This document shows, in pieces, positions 60,511 through 64,000 of a stretch of 64,000 bases of DNA (the first letter of the stretch is position 1; every line of letters begins with the position of its first letter). The notes beneath the pieces were generated by a model. The model searched no databases and was not told the origin of the DNA. It saw nothing but the letters and a program-made list of their open reading frames with translations. The DNA is taken from positions 64,001 through 128,000 of IMG/VR virus record IMGVR_UViG_3300046170_000148; one strand, 5' to 3'. The translations under genes and the position numbers were made by a program. This DNA is from a virus.

Positions 60511-60927
60511 TTAATCGATATTGATTTGACGAGGCTGCTTCTCTTTAGGGATTTCTAGCTTCAGATTTACTGCGAGAATACCATCCGTAAGAGAGGCTCC
60601 AGTTACTTCGACATACTCTGAGAGACGGAACTGACGTTTGAAGTTACGGGTGGAAATACCACGATGAATAACTTCTCGTCCTTTACTCTCATACTCACCT
60701 GTGATAGTGAGAGAACGTTCCTTCTGTTCTACATGGATATGGTCTTGAGTGAATCCTGCAACAGCAACTTCAATAGTGAACTCGTCATCCGACTCTTTAA
60801 TAATATTATGAGGTGGATAGTGGTCATTAGCGTGTTTTGTTGCATACTCTAGTTCATTGAACAAGTGGTCAAAACCAATGAATGCAGATTTAGGGAATAG
60901 TTGTTTACCTACTTTTAAATTAGTCAT
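60511..60927 (-). CDS. hsp20: Small heat shock protein (Hsp20/IbpA family)
   Basis: IGFD.LF, YPPHNI, AVAGF, HRGIS.R.F.R.F.L, A.L.DGIL and P.QI.I motifs. Confidence 0.95.
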   Translation of the reverse strand: MTNLKVGKQLFPKSAFIGFDHLFNELEYATKHANDHYPPHNIIKESDDEFTIEVAVAGFTQDHIHVEQKERSLTITGEYESKGREVIHRGISTRNFKRQFRLSEYVEVTGASLTDGILAVNLKLEIPKEKQPRQINID

Positions 60928-60933
60928 GTCTGT

Positions 60934-61023
60934 TATCTCCTATTTAATTAGCAAGACATATAAGAAGACCCGTTATCGGCATCTTCATTACTATATATAA
61001 GAACTCTGTCCCTGAATGTCAAG
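60934..61023 (-). promoter_or_regulatory. RpoH-like promoter and ROSE-like RNA thermometer upstream of hsp20
   Basis: CTTG-N18-CTTATAT; 5' hairpin GAAGAT../..GTCTTC; TCTTGCT opposite AGGAGA. Confidence 0.6.
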
Positions 61024-61031
61024 GGGTAGTC

Positions 61032-61622
61032 TTAAATAAATGTTGAGGGGTTGCAATCGGAGTCACTCTCAAAGCCAAATGAGAATGTGACTCGTGAAGC
61101 GACAGGTGTGAGTTGATGCCAAGTGTTTCTAGGAATCCAAACGGCATCGCCAGGTTTCATTATTCTGTCTTCATCATTTTCTGTTCGTTTTTCGGTATAT
61201 CCAATGCGAATAGGTGTATCACCTATCACCTGAACAAGGAATACGTCCATACTATCCTTATGACGAGGATATGACCCTGTGTATTGACCAAACCCACAGA
61301 AGGCAATGTTAGTAATCTGCGGCGGGCCTTTTTCATATTCAGATTGACTTTTGGTGGGCGCTCTAGATACGAAGAAGTCTTCCATATCCTTAAAAATATC
61401 TTTAGCGAATTGTGGCGCAGACGGTCTTCTATGAAACGAGTTCATACCAAGACGTTGTTTATCCCTGTTCCAATCATACTCATCATTAGGGTGAGTATCA
61501 ACTAGGTGCATAATATCATTCCAAGAATACCTTTCGGTATCAACAGTTGTCCACCAATGACGTTTGTCACGAATTTTTTCAATGTGAGACTCGAAGTCTA
61601 TTTGTTTCCATTGTTGTGTCAT
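61032..61622 (-). CDS. JmjC/cupin-4-like oxygenase
   Basis: HKD..DVFLVQ..G, PGD.VWIPR..WH and R...SFG motifs. Confidence 0.8.
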   Translation of the reverse strand: MTQQWKQIDFESHIEKIRDKRHWWTTVDTERYSWNDIMHLVDTHPNDEYDWNRDKQRLGMNSFHRRPSAPQFAKDIFKDMEDFFVSRAPTKSQSEYEKGPPQITNIAFCGFGQYTGSYPRHKDSMDVFLVQVIGDTPIRIGYTEKRTENDEDRIMKPGDAVWIPRNTWHQLTPVASRVTFSFGFESDSDCNPSTFI

Positions 61623-61631
61623 TTTATTTAA

Positions 61632-62177
61632 TCAGTGGTTACTCCTCAGAAACACGTTATCAGACCGATAGAAACTCATAGATAGTCTCTCATCTGTTAG
61701 AGGATTTACTTTATGTGTTTTGAAAGCTGGAACATATAAAACATCACCAACATCAAGTTCGAATCGATTATTGCCTTCGATAATCCATTCAGTTTTTCCT
61801 ACGAGATTAACACAACAAATTTCCATCGGGTCTGCATGTTCATGTAAACCAGTTCGGGTATAGTCATCCATTGATATGAAGACTGTCGCTTCTTCCATAT
61901 TATAACGGTTCATCAATTCGTCAACTATATCAGGTCTATCTTCAGTCAGATTATACAAATAAGCAGAAATAACTTTTACCTTTCTATTGCCAGCAACATT
62001 ACTAAGCTTAAAATCTCCCTTTGTTGATAAAATATCCTCGATATAATATTCAGGCAAATCAAGATGTTCGACAATAAAAGGTTCGTCTATTTGTTCCCGA
62101 TGTTGTATTTGGGACAGAGTTCCCATTGGTCTTTTTCCTTGTATCCGATAATCTTGATTTGACGTAACGGGGCGCAA
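61632..62177 (-). CDS. JmjC/cupin-4-like oxygenase
   Basis: HADP, GKTEW, GDVLYVP...H.V and RLSMSF motifs. Confidence 0.78.
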   Translation of the reverse strand: MRPVTSNQDYRIQGKRPMGTLSQIQHREQIDEPFIVEHLDLPEYYIEDILSTKGDFKLSNVAGNRKVKVISAYLYNLTEDRPDIVDELMNRYNMEEATVFISMDDYTRTGLHEHADPMEICCVNLVGKTEWIIEGNNRFELDVGDVLYVPAFKTHKVNPLTDERLSMSFYRSDNVFLRSNH

Positions 62178-62498
62178 TCTTGTGCGACCTCGTTATTCTG
62201 AATCTCAACCAGACCCCAGTCTGATAACAGAGTTGCAATCGTATTGCGGCGTTCTACATCTGTTTGTTCGAGGTTGGCCTTTCTTACCGTCAAGCATGAA
62301 CAACTCTTTGAAGTGAACGATATAGTATCGTCCTTGTTTATGCAGGATATGACATGATTGGAATAGTTTGTTTTCGCGTCTGGATGCGACACCTATGCGT
62401 GTCAGGGTTTCGCGAACTTTGAGGAAGTCATCGGGTTCTGCCAGAGTAATCTCCAACATGTTCACAGGACTCCATGATACTAAGTTACTTTCTTCCAC
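62087..62498 (-). CDS. regA: Translational repressor RegA (frameshift near 62280)
   Basis: DDFLKVRETLTRIG, QSCHILHKQG.Y.IVHFKELF, RRNTIA.LL.DWGL and PKYNIG motifs. Confidence 0.95.
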
Positions 62499-62853
62499 CT
62501 TTACTCACCTTTTCTTTTAATTTTTGTAGTTGAGTAGGTGAGAGGATGGCGAGAGCTTGTTGTGCTTTCTCATTACTGTATCCATAATACTCTTTCACCA
62601 CATCAACGTCATTATGTGTTTCGGGTTTTGCCCATTTAGAGAAACGTTTCCGTTTCCTAACCATATTTATAAGAAATTGATATTGTAGACGGTTGTCTAG
62701 GTGGTGATACCGATTCATCTCATTTGCGAGAACAACGGTGTCAGAGAAGTAGGAAAGACTGCGATTGACCATAAAACCATTGTAGGTCTTCTCGTCTTCC
62801 ATCACATCTTTCTTAGAGTAGTTTATAGAGGTTACATAATCAAAGGGGTTCAT
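62485..62853 (-). CDS. 62: Clamp loader small subunit (T4 gp62)
   Basis: NR.LSY..D....ANEMN, QY.F.IN..RKRKRFSKW and YYGYS.EKA motifs; upstream of regA. Confidence 0.9.
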   Translation of the reverse strand: MNPFDYVTSINYSKKDVMEDEKTYNGFMVNRSLSYFSDTVVLANEMNRYHHLDNRLQYQFLINMVRKRKRFSKWAKPETHNDVDVVKEYYGYSNEKAQQALAILSPTQLQKLKEKVSKGGRK

Positions 62854-63342
62854 TCAAATCTCCAGTTGTTCAAGTAGTATATCACATTGTTTAAGGAAAG
62901 TCAATCCTTTGTTGTCTCGATATCCATGTCCGTATACAACTCTGGATATACCGGCTTGATAGATAAGTTTTGCACAGTGGATGCAAGGGGCGCATGTTGT
63001 GTAGAGCGTTGAACCCTCCGCCGACTCTGATGACTTCGCAACTTTTGCAATCGCATTTGTCTCCGCATGAAGAACCTCTTCTTTAGTTATAGGCATATTA
63101 CCATACTCATCGGTGGTCTCACATTTGTTTGTCCAACCCGAAGGCATACCATTATACCCAATGGAAATTATTCGATTATCTTTTACTAATACTGCTCCGA
63201 CTTGGAGTCTTTTTGCGGAAGATAGTTTACCATATACTTCCGCGACCTTCATGTGTGATTTGTCCCACTTATCCAAAGAGTGTATCCTTTTCATAATCTT
63301 CGCGGAAATCAAATTCCATTTGAACTGGTATCCATTCACCAT
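62854..63342 (-). CDS. dCMP deaminase (true start probably near 63276)
   Basis: VGAV, GYNG, HAE.NA and PCIHC motifs. Confidence 0.92.
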   Translation of the reverse strand: MVNGYQFKWNLISAKIMKRIHSLDKWDKSHMKVAEVYGKLSSAKRLQVGAVLVKDNRIISIGYNGMPSGWTNKCETTDEYGNMPITKEEVLHAETNAIAKVAKSSESAEGSTLYTTCAPCIHCAKLIYQAGISRVVYGHGYRDNKGLTFLKQCDILLEQLEI

Positions 63343-63562
63343 CTATGTTTACAACATTCATAATTTCATGTTGTGGTTCTTCTTTATATGGCGCAACTAA
63401 TACAACAAAATCTCCAGTTTCTTTACAAATTCTGTTTCCGAAATCATCATATTCCCATGAACGTTCCTCTGGAATATGGTCGTGTTTGCCTGGCTTTATA
63501 TATTTCATATTTACCCCCAATGTCTGATTACGCCTGCGATAATGAAAAAGCAAGTCAACCAA
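63269..63562 (-). CDS. Hypothetical protein (likely start MKYIKP near 63508)
   Basis: ORF in the operon with a GGGGGT SD. Confidence 0.5.
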   Translation of the reverse strand: MVDLLFHYRRRNQTLGVNMKYIKPGKHDHIPEERSWEYDDFGNRICKETGDFVVLVAPYKEEPQHEIMNVVNIDGEWIPVQMEFDFREDYEKDTLFG

Positions 63563-63711
63563 TTGACTAACTGAAGCACTACCTTTATATATAATCCTCG
63601 TCTCGCCTGCCGCATAGTTAGGACAGGAACTTTTGGTTCGTCTTCATCCGTCCTACCAATATGATAGTCAAGTGACCGAGCGAGTATCTTTTCCCAAGTC
63701 TTGTATTCCAT
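63511..63711 (-). CDS. Small membrane protein
   Basis: C-terminal TM ending IIAGVIRHW. Confidence 0.6.
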   Translation of the reverse strand: MEYKTWEKILARSLDYHIGRTDEDEPKVPVLTMRQARRGLYIKVVLQLVNWLTCFFIIAGVIRHWG

Positions 63712-64000
63712 TACCTAACCCACTTCTGCCAAATCATCTTCAACGATGACTTGAGTGTTCTGTCACCATAGGTGCAAGTAATCTTTTTCATCGGAGAGCG
63801 TGTCATCCAAGACAATAGGAAGACAGGGAGAGTGAACCCACCGTCCCAGTGGTATGCGACATACGGGATTCTATGACTCATGTAACCACTCACCAGACCC
63901 GCCGAGATGCATCCTATCTTGATGCCTTTGAACTTAGACCTACGATAATACGAGTTGAGATACCATCCCTGTTCACGCCATTTTGTTCTGACGATACTAC
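63711..64000 (-). CDS. Hypothetical protein, C-terminal part (enters from beyond the window)
   Basis: Open frame ...YLNSYYRRS...AGLVSGY... continuing into ORF 63711-63893. Confidence 0.35.
   Translation of the reverse strand, partial: SIVRTKWREQGWYLNSYYRRSKFKGIKIGCISAGLVSGYMSHRIPYVAYHWDGGFTLPVFLLSWMTRSPMKKITCTYGDRTLKSSLKMIWQKWVR

Noticed and set aside
22749-62671. Intragenic TATAAATA matches at 22749, 33052 and 62664
   Set aside because: They lie inside coding sequence and could be chance or codon-driven; not called without expression data
1-64000. Stop-codon reassignment or selenocysteine recoding
   Set aside because: Gene breaks are frame changes rather than in-frame stops, and all three stop codons end well-recognised genes

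Overview
A 64-kb segment of a large T4-like (myovirus-type) phage genome, probably marine. Essentially every gene is on the minus strand. Core T4-like genes are present: gp43 polymerase, gp41 helicase, uvsX, regA, gp62, nrdA/nrdB, thyX, dCMP deaminase, phoH and hsp20. They are interleaved with many accessory enzymes (glycosyltransferases, sulfotransferases, SAM methyltransferases, 2OG-Fe/cupin oxygenases, a carbamoyltransferase, a radical SAM protein and two ANL adenylation-like proteins). Main points: (1) a late-promoter-driven csgF-csgG-curlin-like-FecR-CHASE2/adenylate cyclase operon; (2) a circularly permuted two-piece tmRNA (tag ANDNYAHEDYALAA) next to tRNA-Pro; (3) a cluster of probable capsid-internal proteins with T4-like targeting N-termini, including a HIGH-type nucleotidyltransferase, a ligase-like KxDG protein and a PD-(D/E)xK-like protein; (4) a ferritin-like diiron/GATase/cupin/sulfotransferase/methyltransferase operon; (5) uronic-acid sugar genes in the position where T4 carries its DNA-modification genes; (6) readable regulatory patterns: sigma70-type promoters whose -35 box contains the upstream TGA stop, leaderless starts, a ROSE-like thermometer and a split RBS. 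About 20 genes, including essential ones, are broken by single-base frameshifts, most likely sequencing or assembly errors. All product calls come from motif recognition by eye, not from database searches.
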